Assembly: GCF_009914755.1 (NCBI RefSeq)
Contig: NC_060936.1
DNA: 64,000 nt
Strand: one strand, 5' to 3'
Source: the human T2T-CHM13v2.0 reference genome, Homo sapiens
Position numbers and translations under genes: made by a program. The notes beneath the pieces are model-generated. The model did no database searches. It saw only the letters and a program-made list of their open reading frames with translations, and had not been told where the DNA came from. Within the stretch, counting starts at the first letter, position 1. The number at the start of each line of letters is the position of its first letter. This document shows, in pieces, positions 38,085 through 50,900 of the stretch.

Positions 38085-39950
38085 TCATTCACTTATTAAA
38101 CTGTTTTAAATATTAAGGTGATCATTAAATATTGAGCACCTACTGTGAGCCAGGTACTAATGTAATGACATAGCAGTGAACAAAACAGATTAAAACCAAC
38201 CAAACAAAAAATACCATGCAGCTACTCTAATGGAAGAGACATGATAAAACAAGATAAATTAGTAAAATTGTAAAAACTTGTAATGAGGGCATAAGCCATT
38301 CAATTATTAGTGGGGTATAAGCATTTTAGCTAGAGGGAAGATGAGGTGTAACATCTTGAGGTGGGACAACAGTGAGTAGGCAGAGTAGGCAGCGTAGCTG
38401 GAGGGAACAAGGGAAGAGGAGAGAGTAGGAGTTAAGTTTGAGAGGTAATAGGCAGAACCTTGGTGGACTAAGACCTTAGCTTTTATTCTGTGTGAGATGG
38501 GAAGCCATTGAAGGGGGTTGAATAGGCATGGTCTGATTTTGTTTGTTTGTTTGTTTGTTTTGTTTTTTTGAGTCAGAGTTTCACTGTGTCACCCAGGGTG
38601 AAATGTGGTGGTATCATCATGGCTCACTGTTGCCTCAAACTCCTGGGCTCAAGCAGTCCTCTCTCCTCAGTCTCCCAGGTAGTTTGGTCTGTAGGAGCAC
38701 ACCACCATGCCTGGCTAATTTTTTGAGTTTTTTTTTTATTTTTTCTTGTAGAGATGACATCTTGCTATGTTGCCCAGGCTGATCTCAAACTCCTGGGCTC
38801 AAGTGATCCTCCTGGCTTTGCCTCCCAGAGTGCTGGAGTGAGCCACCGTGCCTGGCCTAGTTTTTAAAATAATATATATAATATCTTTTTGAGACAGAGC
38901 CTTGCTGTGTCACCCAGGCCGGAGTGCAGTGACACCATACTGGCTCACTGCAACCTCTGCCTCCCAGGTTCAAGTGATTCTTGTGCTGCAGCTTCCCTAG
39001 TAGCTGGGACTGTACTAAATTAGCGTCCCCATGCCCAGCTAATTTTTGTATTTTTAGTAGAGATGGGATTTCGCCATGTTGGCCAGGCTGGTCTCGAACT
39101 CCTGAACTGTAGTGATCCACTCACCTTGGCCTCCCAAAGTGCTGGGATTACAGGCATGAGCCACGGTGCCTGGCCCTTTTATTTCTCTCTTAGTAAAGAA
39201 ACTTGCTGTCAATAATTTTTATTGAGGTACAATTTATATATAATAAACTGTACCCATTGAAAGTATACATTTCTGTGAGTTTTGAAAGTTGTACTCACTG
39301 AGGCAAGCACCACCACAGTTAAGATAGAATAGTTCCAGCACTCTGAAGTTTTCTGGTGTAGCTTTGTAGTACATTCCTACCTCCACCTCCTGCCCTAGAA
39401 AACCTACTGTTGTTCTTTTCCCTCATGCAGGCTTTAACATGTTCACTTTGGTTTCTGTGTTGAGAACAAATTGTAGAAAGTCAGGGGTGAGAGTAAAGGG
39501 GAATTTGTCTTTTCAGTATTTCAAGTGAGAATGATAGTGGCTTAGACTGGAATGTTTGCAGTGGAGATAAGGGTTGGATTCTGGTTATCTTTTGGAGTTA
39601 CTATGGACAAGAATTATGGATGGATGAGATACTGGGTTTTAGAATAAGAGGTAACAGCAACTCCAAGGCTTTTTGGCCTGGGCAGCTCCGTGGCAGAGCC
39701 GTGGAGGCTCTCAGGCAAGCAGATTGGGGAGAGGGGAGTATCAAGAGATCTAATTTGGACATATTTAGAGGCCTATAGGGCATTCAGTGGCTCTGTCACT
39801 TAGGCTGATGGCTATAAATTGAGAGCTCAGAGGAGAGAGGTGTGGCTACAGATAGAAAATATGGGAATTTTTAGTGTATTTGTGGTATTTATAGGTATCA
39901 GACTGGATGAGATTACCTAGGAAATAAGTGTAAATAAAGAGAAAGTTAGC
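38085..39950 (+). mobile_element. L2 fragments interrupted by Alus and an L1M piece
   Basis: TATTGAGCACCTACTGTGAGCCAGG, GATGGGAAGCCATTGAAGG, GACTGGATGAGATTACCTAGG L2-type motifs; strand is the purine-rich reading. Confidence 0.6.
38545..39175 (-). mobile_element. AluJ (38545-38837) plus AluS (38886-39175)
   Basis: Two antisense Alu dimers. Confidence 0.85.
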
Positions 39951-41636
39951 ATAAGGATTGAAGTGTTTGGGGCTTACCAAACATTTAATGATTTAAAGGG
40001 CAATAGATTTAGTGAAATGGTGGTCTAGTAATGAGCTAGTGTCTCTACAGATAAGGGAGAAGTGATGTAAAAGGGAAGCACTAACTTGCATATGCTTTCA
40101 TTAGAGCAGCTCCTTTTGATGAAATCCTTAGCTTCACCATGGGAGGAATAGCGATGGCTCCAAAAGAAGGAAAATGAAGGAACCAAAAATAGTGGTAATA
40201 ATATTAGAAGTCTAGAAAGAAAATAAAAAATTTGCGCAGACTCAAAATAGTCCATGAAAATGAAAAGCTTTTGAGCTATGGAAAACATCTGAGAGGGCTT
40301 AAGAACATTGACACTTACATATATTGTAAGCTTAAAAACCTAGGAATGAGTGATGTCCACCCTTAAGTCACAGTGAGGAGGCAGAGGTACCTTAACTGAG
40401 GAAAAGTCACAAAGGTGGAATGTAATCTGAAGAATGATTTTTTTTCCTGGGGAAGGAAAGTGGAAGGAAGAGACATCCATAATGAGATAAGGTCTTCGCT
40501 GGACACAATAGAAAGGAAAGGAGCTAGGTGAGCAAATTGGAGCTCCAAAGTTCTATAACTGGGAAGGTTTTGATGGAGGCAGTACATGTTAAACAGAATC
40601 AATTCTGTTAGTAGTAAAAAACATTCAGTACTAACTGCAAATTTAAGTTACTTTGTTATCAAATTAACTTTTATAGAAAATAATACAAATAATGAAACAA
40701 TTGGTTAAAAGAAGGCTATGAGGTACTATACTGTTTGGTTTGCCTAATGTGCCTTATTTCATTAATTGAAATATTTTCTTTCGAGCCTTCTCCAGAAGAG
40801 GTCAGCAAAATCCTAGTTACCAATCAGTTGGCTTGCTGTGCTTGGTTGGCTTGCATTGTTTTTGTGTATTATTTCATTGTAGAGGTATTTTGTTTTAGCA
40901 GCTCCAGACCTGTGTTTGGGCTTTTAAATTTTGTTGCCAAGTCTAGAATCAGAGTATTTATTTGACTACAGACTTTTTTTGTTGTTTTTAAAAAAACCAT
41001 ATTTTAAAAAATAAAAACTAGAAACGGGGATTCACCATGTTGTCCAGGCTGGCCTCGAATTCCTGGGCTCAAGCAGTCCTCCTGCCTCAGCCTCCCAAAG
41101 TGCTGGGATTATAGGTGTGAGCCACTGCGTCTGGCCTCACCATAGGTTTTTATATAGTGGAGACAGTGTTTTGTTTTTGCTTAAAGCTCTGCTTTTACTC
41201 AGTCCTAATATGTTTTCAGGATTACAAGATTATTTTGTTTGGGTGGTTGGAACTTGATTAAAAAAATTGAGATTAAGATTATTAAAACACTAAAGTTCTA
41301 ATTTTGTTTATATGGAAATTTTAAGAGTTTGACGTTATTGTTTTGCCTGATTTTATTTTATTTAAGCATTATCTTAATTTTCAGAATCTGGTAATGAAAG
41401 GAAAATATATTGCTTTTCTTATACTTTTTTGGGTCTTTCTGTTAGATCGATGTTAACTTGCATAGATTCCTTAAGCTTAAACCTAGACTGATTGGCCTAC
41501 CTTTCATTTAAAATAAAACCAACTACAGCAAAAAACTCCAGGAGATAAACAAATGCCTTAAGTTGTAAATTAGAGACTTTTCCTTCTCATTAGTATTTTT
41601 TCTTTACTGTTTATTCATTTAAAAATATTTCAAAGG

Positions 41637-42070
41637 CTTTCTTCTTCCTCTTCCGGAACGTTGTCTGCAGGCACTCAGAATGGTCCAGCATTTGACATAC
41701 TGTCGTAGGCTTTTCTACAATACAGCCTCTAACAAAACAAGTCTGTCCCAGACCCTTGGTAATAGAGTTGTTTACCTTTTTACTAAGAACGTTGGGAAAG
41801 CACCAAAATCTGCATGTGGCATGTGCCCAGGCAGACATGGAGGGGTTCGTGCTGTGAGACCTAAAGTTCTTAATGAGATTGTCCAAAGCAAAGAACATGT
41901 CAGCAGGGCCTGTGGTGGTTCCATGTGTGCTAAATGTGTTTGTGACAGGATCAAACATGCTTTCCTTATTAAGGAGTAGAAAATTGGGGTGTAAGTGTTG
42001 AAGGCACAAGCACAGAGTCAGCTAAATTAAAAAATGCAACTTTTTTAAGTAATAAAAATGAAAAGACTTG
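41637..42070 (+). pseudogene. RPL34: RPL34 processed pseudogene, full length, sense to AEBP2
   Basis: 5' TOP-like CTTTCTTCTTCCTCTTCC; intronless ORF 41680..41979 [20 protein letters not shown]...KAPKSACG...AFLIKE* resembling RPL34; premature TAG; AATAAA 42051-42056; degenerate TSD AAAAATATTTCA (41621) / AAAAAATTTCA (42071). Confidence 0.95.
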
Positions 42071-42240
42071 AAAAAATTTCATCTACTATGAATGCTTTTG
42101 GTTGGCTAAGCTAAGCCACATACTTAGTAAAACAAATGGCATTTTCATTCTCTTAATAATAACATGGCTTTGGCTTGATTAGTTAAAGCTTCTTTAATTC
42201 ACATATATTTGTGAAAATATATGATTAAAAGTGAAGTTGA

Positions 42241-42525
42241 GGCTGGGTGCTGTGGCTCACACCTGTAATCTCAGCACTTGGGAGGCTGAGGTAGGTAGAT
42301 CAGCTGAGCTCAGGAGTTTGATACCAGCCTGGGCAAAATGGTAAAACCCCGTCTCTAGAAAAAATAAAAAAGACATACCTAGGCGTAGTGGCTGCGCCTG
42401 TGGTTCTGGCTGCTCAGGAGGCCAAGGCGGGAAGAATACTCAAGGCTAGGAGACAGAGGTTGCAGTGAGCTGAGATTATGTCACTGCACTGCCTGGGTGA
42501 CAGAGTGAGACTTTGGCTTGAAAAA
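42241..42525 (+). mobile_element. Alu, sense
   Basis: GGCTGGGTGCTGTGG...; TSD-like aaaagtgaa[g/a]ttga. Confidence 0.88.
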
Positions 42526-42592
42526 TAAAAGTGAAATTGAGACAGGGTTGTTGAAAAACCTTTTACTTCGATAATATTAGTAACATGGCTAC

Positions 42593-42857
42593 TTTCTTTT
42601 TTTTTTTTTTTTTTTTTTTTGAGATGGAGTCTCACTCACTTTGTTGCTTGGACTGGAGTGCAGTGGCATGATCTCGGCTCACTGTAGCTTCCGCTGCCCA
42701 GGTTTAAGCAATTCTCCTGCCTCAGCCTCCTGAGTAGCTGGGATTACTGACGTGCACCATCACACCTGGCTAATTTTTATATTTTTAGTAGAGATAGGGT
42801 TTCACCATGTTGGCCAGGCTGGTCACAAACTTCTAACCTCAAGTGTTCTGCCCACCT
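42593..42857 (-). mobile_element. AluS, antisense, 5'-truncated
   Basis: Poly-T then Alu ending at GCCCACCT. Confidence 0.88.
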
Positions 42858-42875
42858 ATCACTTGTTTTTATTAG

Positions 42876-43120
42876 TGTGTGTGTAAACCCAATGTTAAAT
42901 GACTGCATAGTATTCCAGTATATTGCATTGCATTCTCCATTTATTGGAAATGTTTGGGTTAGTACCTAAGGTAGAGACTGAATTGTCTACCATATTCTAC
43001 ATTCCACACTCGGTGAGGGAAGGTAGGCACATAAAGCAATGGCAGTACGGTGTAATACATGCTAATGTAGAGTAAGCACTCAGCATTTTGAAGACATGGA
43101 CTAGAGACTTTTCACCCATT
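42876..43120 (+). promoter_or_regulatory. Candidate conserved intronic splicing-regulatory element / poison exon
   Basis: Non-Alu/L1 sequence with acceptor ttgtttttattag|, four donor-like motifs within 101 nt, and local hairpins; see findings. Confidence 0.45.
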
Positions 43121-44814
43121 ATTGGAGTTGTGGGGGAGGGGCAACGCAGAAAAGGTGATAATGCATGTGTCCTATGTATAATTGTGTATGCGCATGGGCA
43201 GACACGGCATATGCCAGGCAGGAAAGTGTTGGGATGGTGGGAGTAAAAATTTGATGTGAATTTTATTTGACTTAACTGAGACCTATAGTTGCCTAGGTTA
43301 ATTGCCTGAGTTAAAATGAGTAATCAAAAAATGAAGCGTACGTAACTTAAACATTTTTGCTGAATATGTAAATGAATGTTTAGTAATTTGTTTTATATAG
43401 AGCCAAAGTCATACTTTGGAGTCTAGATATGTTAATTGGGGTTTCTGGTCACATTTCTTGAATAAAACACATTTAAATGTGTACATAATCTAATGGTTTG
43501 CAGCTTTTATTTATTAAAGCGGAGCCAGAACTTGTAGACAATTGAAAAGCTATTAGAGATACCCTAATGAGACATGTTACAGTTTTTGTTCTCAATTTTT
43601 ACTGTAATTCTGCAGTACATCGCTTTTTAAGGTAGTGACTTTTTTTTTTTTTTTTTTTTTTTTTGAGGTGGGGCCTCTGTTGCTCAGCCTGGAGTGCAGT
43701 GGCGCAGTCACAGCTCCTGGGCAGGTGATCCTGTCACCTCAGCCTCCCAAGTAGCTGGGACTACAGGCAAGCACCACCATAACCTGGCTAATTTTTTGTA
43801 TTGAGACAGGATCTCCCTATGTTGCCTAGGCTGGTCTAGAACTCCTGGGCTCAGGTGATCCTCCCACCTTGGCCTCCCAAGGTACTGGTATTGCAGGCGT
43901 GAGCTACTGAGGAAATGACCTTTAGTAAGCCTTCCAAAAGCTATGAACTCCAGTTTCCATATAAATAAGTCTTTAGTTTTAGTAGAGTGGGATTTGTTTT
44001 GTTTTACTGTTGTGTGCCCAGCACTCTAAAATGGTATCTGAATATGATAACTGTTCTTCTGTAAAACATTAATGCTGCTGGTGCACAGAAAGCCCCGGAG
44101 AGTTGGTTGTTCCATTAAGTTAGAGAGCAGGACAGTATTTCTATTATGTTCCATAGTTTGGGAAACTGTTCTCAGTATGAGGCTAAAGGCGTTCAAGGCA
44201 GAAAACCATGAAATAGCTGAGGCCTAGAGAGGCCAGATCCTGAAGAGTTTTCTGCACCATACTAAGAGTGACCCTTTCCTAAGTGCTCGGGGGAACTGTT
44301 GAAGAGTTTGTCAGGAAAGTGATGCTACTGAATTTGTACTTTGGAAAAAGCCTTCTGGGCACTGAGTGGGAGGTAGCTTTGATGACTTGAGGAGGTCCAG
44401 AAGAATGGAGACCTGAACTTGGGTTTATGGCAGCTTGGATGGAGAGAATGGGTATTAATGAGTACAGTTCCTAGATCTTAGTGTTGGAATATTTGCTGTC
44501 CCCTTTTTGGGCCTGAAGTGCTCGAAGGTGTTCACTGTAACACAAACATCCTTGGCCACAGAGCTTTTACTGAATCTAGGTTTTTTTTTTTAGGATAGAT
44601 TTCCAAACAATTAATTTATTTTATACTAAACACTACTATAGGTGGTATGACACAAAGGTTCACAGGATAAGAAATATTCCTGTGTCATGGAGTTTTCAGT
44701 CTTGTGGGAAAGACAAAGGTTTGAGTGCTACAAGACAGGGAAGAACTACAAAGCAGGCAGGATTACTATCTCTTCCAGGGTATGAACACTTAAGTTCTTG
44801 ATTAGGGGTGAAAG

Positions 44815-45101
<287 letters not shown>

Positions 45102-45179
45102 CCAAAAGTGTTTTTTAACAATACATGAAAATGATGTTTTACACATTGTTTTTATGATTTCTTTTCATGTCATTATCAG

Positions 45180-45247
45180 GTAATAGCTAAGAGAAAAGAA
45201 GATTCTGGGAAGATCAAACTTTTGCTTCATTGGATGCCTGAAGACAT
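45180..45247 (+). CDS. AEBP2: AEBP2 coding exon (likely exon 6)
   Basis: cattatcag| ... AT|gtaagt; 68 nt; [22 protein letters not shown](I). Confidence 0.96.
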
Positions 45248-45440
45248 GTAAGTATTTGAAATATTATGCCTTAGTAATAAGTTCATGTTTTATTTTTGTT
45301 AAAATCTTACACACAAAAATTATTTATTAAATTCAAATAAAAAGAAATTACATTTTACAACGTTTTGAGGTTGTCAGGATTAAAGAGATAATCTGAAAGG
45401 TCTTACACTATCAGGTTCACGTTTTACGCTTCAAAACTTA

Positions 45441-45757
<317 letters not shown>

Positions 45758-46258
45758 CTTAAGCTTTTTAAATCTTGTGTGGTGTTTTTTGTTTTGTTTT
45801 TGTTTTTTTGTTTTGTTTTTTGAGATGCTCAACCTGGGCATCAGTGAGACTCTGTCTCAAAAATAAAAAAGTAGTTAGAGAAAATTTAAATCATTTTTAG
45901 CATTTTTAGTGACCTCCAAGCAGTATACAAGCAGCCATAGCTGTGCCTTTGTTTGAATCTTTTATTTAAAAAATTTGTAAATGTTCTCTAGTGCACAGTG
46001 AATGGTATTTTATAGAAAAAGCAATTGACTAATTTTCTAGCAGTGATTACATTTTTCTTTAAGTTTTAGTGCCCATTTAGAGCTTAGTTCATATATTTCA
46101 TGTATTTTTTTTATCTTTCTTATTAAAATTTTCTTTTTATAAAAGGAAATGAGGGTATATTATAGACATATTGGACAAAATTAATAAGCATCAAGAATAG
46201 AATAAATTTCATTGAAGGAGATTTCATTATGTGTACCTAATTCACGTATGTGGCCAAT

Positions 46259-47082
46259 GGCTGGGCGCAGTGGTTTATGCTGGTAATCCCAGTGCTTTGT
46301 GAGGCTGAGGCAGAAAGATTGCTTTTAGGGCAGGAGTTTGAGATCAGCCTGGGCAGTATAGTGAATCCTCGTCTCTACAGGAAAACAAAAAAAGAAATTA
46401 GCTGGTTGTGATGGTGTCGCCTGTAGTCCCAGATACTCAGGAGACTGAGGCGGGAAGATTGATTGAGCCCAGGAGGTTGAAGCTGCAGTGAGCCGTGATT
46501 GTACCACTGCAACTCAAGCTTGGGTGACAGAGTGAGACCCTGTTCAAAAAAGTCAAATTCAAATGTGTATATTCCTAATGTTTTGGAAATTGATTAATCC
46601 AAATATCAAAATACATTCATTTGAATTTTCTTGTAGAGTTGAATTTCTTTGAATTCAGTGTTATGGCCGCATGCATTTTTTTTTTTTTTTTTAATGGAGT
46701 TTAGTCTTACAGGGTTTTTATTTATTTCTTTTTTTTTTTTTTAAATGGACTTTAATCTTACAGGTTTTGTTTCTGTTTTTTGTTTTTTTGGTTTTTTTTG
46801 GAGAGAGAGTCTCACTTTGACGCCCATGCTGCAGTGCAGTGGTGCACTCTTGGCTCACTGCAACCTCTGTCTCCTGGGTTCAAGCGATTCTTGTGCCTCG
46901 TTCTCCGGAGTTGATGGGAATACAGGTGTGCGCCACCATGCCCAGCTAATTTTTGTATTTTTAGTACAGATGGGGTTTCACCATGTTGGCCAGTGTGGTC
47001 TTAAACTCCTGGGCTCAAGTTATCTTCCCCCCTTGGCCTCCCAAAGTGCTGGAATTAGAGGAAGGAGCCACCGCACTGGGCC
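46259..47082. mobile_element. Inverted Alu pair (46259-46550 +, 46790-47082 -)
   Basis: Opposite-orientation Alu dimers ~240 bp apart. Confidence 0.85.
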
Positions 47083-47453
47083 CTTTTATTTCTCTCTTAG
47101 TAAAGAAACTTGCTGTCAGATTTCCAGCAAGTCAAAATCAAGTATGAATTTCACTCATTGAGTTAAAAGCTAGCCAGTGTGTTCTGACAAATTTCTAATT
47201 TGATAAGATATTGCCACTGAAAATGTTTAATTTATTCCTCAATTCATGTTTAAAATTTAACACTGCCATTTCTTATCTGGGACTCCAAGTCCTGCTATTA
47301 AGGTTGATAGCTGAGCTTCCCTGGCTTCTGGGAAACTTGTTCACTTAACGTGGACTGATCAAAGTAGCAGAAAATGCCAGAATGTGAAGGCACATGGAAG
47401 TGTAAATCTAAAATTAATGTTACTTTATTATTGACTTGTTTTTTAATTCATAG

Positions 47454-47567
47454 TCTGCCTGATGTGTGGGTGAATGAAAGTGAACGACATCAGTTAAAAA
47501 CTAAAGTAGTTCATTTATCAAAGCTACCCAAAGATACTGCCTTGCTTTTGGACCCAAACATATACAG
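47454..47567 (+). CDS. AEBP2: AEBP2 coding exon (likely exon 7)
   Basis: ttttaattcatag| ... AG|gtaatt; 114 nt; [37 protein letters not shown](R); matches 3' half of ORF 47374..47571. Confidence 0.96.
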
Positions 47568-48109
47568 GTAATTTAATTCTTGCCTTTATGTTTTACTTTT
47601 TGATTTGTAATTTTCTCTCCCCAAATTTTGGATAAATTAGGACTTAGTTTTAAGTGCTGAATTTTAATACCAAGCATATCTCATTACTTCCTGGCTTTTT
47701 TTTTTTTGGATGTGGACTCACAAAGAGTTAAAAATTGTAGAATCCAGAAAAACAGTATTTTGCTAATAAAGTTTATATGCTTGTTTAATCCCAGATTTAT
47801 CTTAAGTATGTTAGATTGTAATATACATAGTAATTTGAAAATAAGTGCCCTTTAACAAGGTAATTCTTTTTATAATAACAGACTTTTGTGGACCTAAGAA
47901 TATGTTGCATGAGTCTGAATACCAAAACTGTTTGATTTTTTTTAGCTTACCCTTTCTCCAAACTTTCCAAAAGAGCAATTCAAATATTATTTGTTTTTTA
48001 AGACATAGCTTAGAGTGTTCACATTTCTAGTAATTTTATGTTTTGAGCTTTTTTTAGTGTGCTGTGCTTATGAAGGTATGTGGGGGAAGGAGAAGAGACC
48101 AACATTTCT

Positions 48110-48280
48110 CTTTTATGTGCTGAGTCACTTTGCTAGGTGCTTTGCGTATACGTCATCCTCACGGCTGCTCTGTGAAGTAGGTTTTACTATCTCTGCTTTA
48201 CAGGTTGGAAAACTGAGGCAAGAGGTTAAATAGTTAATCTGCCCAAGTTTGCACGAATGTGGTTGAACTCCATAGTGCCT
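48110..48280. mobile_element. MIR fragment
   Basis: TTTACAGGTTGGAAAACTGAGGCAAGAGGTTAAATAG...GCCCAAG MIR core. Confidence 0.6.
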
Positions 48281-48521
48281 GTATCCAAATGATGTACACG
48301 AGAGTGATTAAAAAAGTGGTGGAAATGCTTAAAACCAGCTTTTAAAAGGCACTCTTATTGAAAGGACTTTATATCTTTTTTCAATGAAACTTTGTAAATT
48401 TTAGCTATCATAAAGATAGCAAATTTTATATTAATTAAGTGCTTTGAAGGGTATATTCATTCCACGATGCACCTTTTTGGAGTGCTATTCACCTGGAGAT
48501 TTCCTGTAATTTGAGACATTA

Positions 48522-49820
<1,299 letters not shown>

Positions 49821-50129
49821 GGCCATCTTAAAACTTAATTTTGACTCTAAACCTCTGTGCTTTCACTATTCTGGAAATCAGAATTGAGTGTACTGTAAAG
49901 TGGCATAGAGTCATAGAAGCCCCTACATTTGTCCTAGTGTACAATCTTTTCTTAAATTTCTGGATTTTGACTGGGAAAATTTGTGAAATTAATTAAAAGA
50001 AGAAAAACAATTATTCTTACTTGTTTTTAGGAGAAATAACTTCCTGCTTGTGCACATGTCAAAATGAAAGTATGGCAAACCTTCTGCAAAATAGATATAT
50101 TCCTTCAAAATGAGTCTAACAGGAATATA

Positions 50130-50431
50130 CAGTTGGTCCTGTGTATCCACAACTTCCACATCCATGAATTCAACCAACTGCATATCAAAGCTATTTAGGG
50201 GAAAAAGATAACAATACAACAATACAAAATAATACAAATAAGACCAATATAGTGTAACAATGATTTACATAGCATTTATATTATATTGTTATAAGTAATC
50301 TTGAGGTGATTTAAAGTATACAGAAGGATGTATGTAGGTTATTTGCAAATACTGCTGTTTCCTTGGATTTTGGAATCTGCAGGGGATTCTGGGGACCCCC
50401 CACTCCCACTGTGCATGCCGAGAGACAACTG
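50130..50431 (-). mobile_element. MER2 (TcMar-Tigger), near full length
   Basis: TA|CAGTTG...CAACTG|TA terminal inverted ends and MER2-like internal sequence. Confidence 0.8.
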
Positions 50432-50869
50432 TATTTATTTGGGATTTAAGCACTGGGGTTTGTTGTTTTTGAGACCACTTCTCTCTCTGTTTCTAGGCTC
50501 ATCTTGAACTCCTGGGCTCAAGCAGTCTTTCTGCCTTGGCTTCCCAATGTGCTGGGAAGATTACAGGCATGAGCCTCTGGGACCCAGCCAAGCATCAGTT
50601 TTAAAGTATTAGTTGGCTAAAATATATGTATTACACATGGAATTCTTTCTTAGAAATGCACTAGCAGGCTACATTTAAAACTTTTATTAAACAACTATAT
50701 TATGTAACTAAGTATAGATCCATATGTATAAATGTTTTGGAAATACATTTTTATTATAATCTATGATCATCACATTGCCTGTATCTTATTAATATTTTTA
50801 ATGTCTCTTGAAGCACTCAAATGTGTTTGATTCAGTTGAATAAAAGGATTTCTTTTTCTCTTTTTCTAG

Positions 50870-50900
50870 AACAATGCCGCAGAAGAGGTTGAAGAGGTAA
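50870..50900 (+). CDS. AEBP2: AEBP2 exon (likely exon 8): terminal codons of the short C-terminus TMPQKRLKR*; internal donor after 50896
   Basis: Long pyrimidine tract tttctttttctctttttctag|; A ACA ATG CCG CAG AAG AGG TTG AAG AGG TAA; AG|gtaaaa donor overlaps the last codon and stop. Confidence 0.93.

Noticed and set aside
41611-42009. 132-aa minus-strand ORF
   Set aside because: Antisense shadow of the RPL34 retrocopy
42970-43085. snoRNA, miRNA or ribozyme reading of the structured element
   Set aside because: No C box (RTGATGA) paired with the CTGA, no clear H/ACA two-hairpin layout, no long pre-miRNA stem and no hammerhead core (CTGANGA...GAAA) that I could identify
47374-47453. N-terminal part of ORF 47374..47571
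   Set aside because: Intronic open frame upstream of the real acceptor at 47453; only 47454-47567 matches AEBP2
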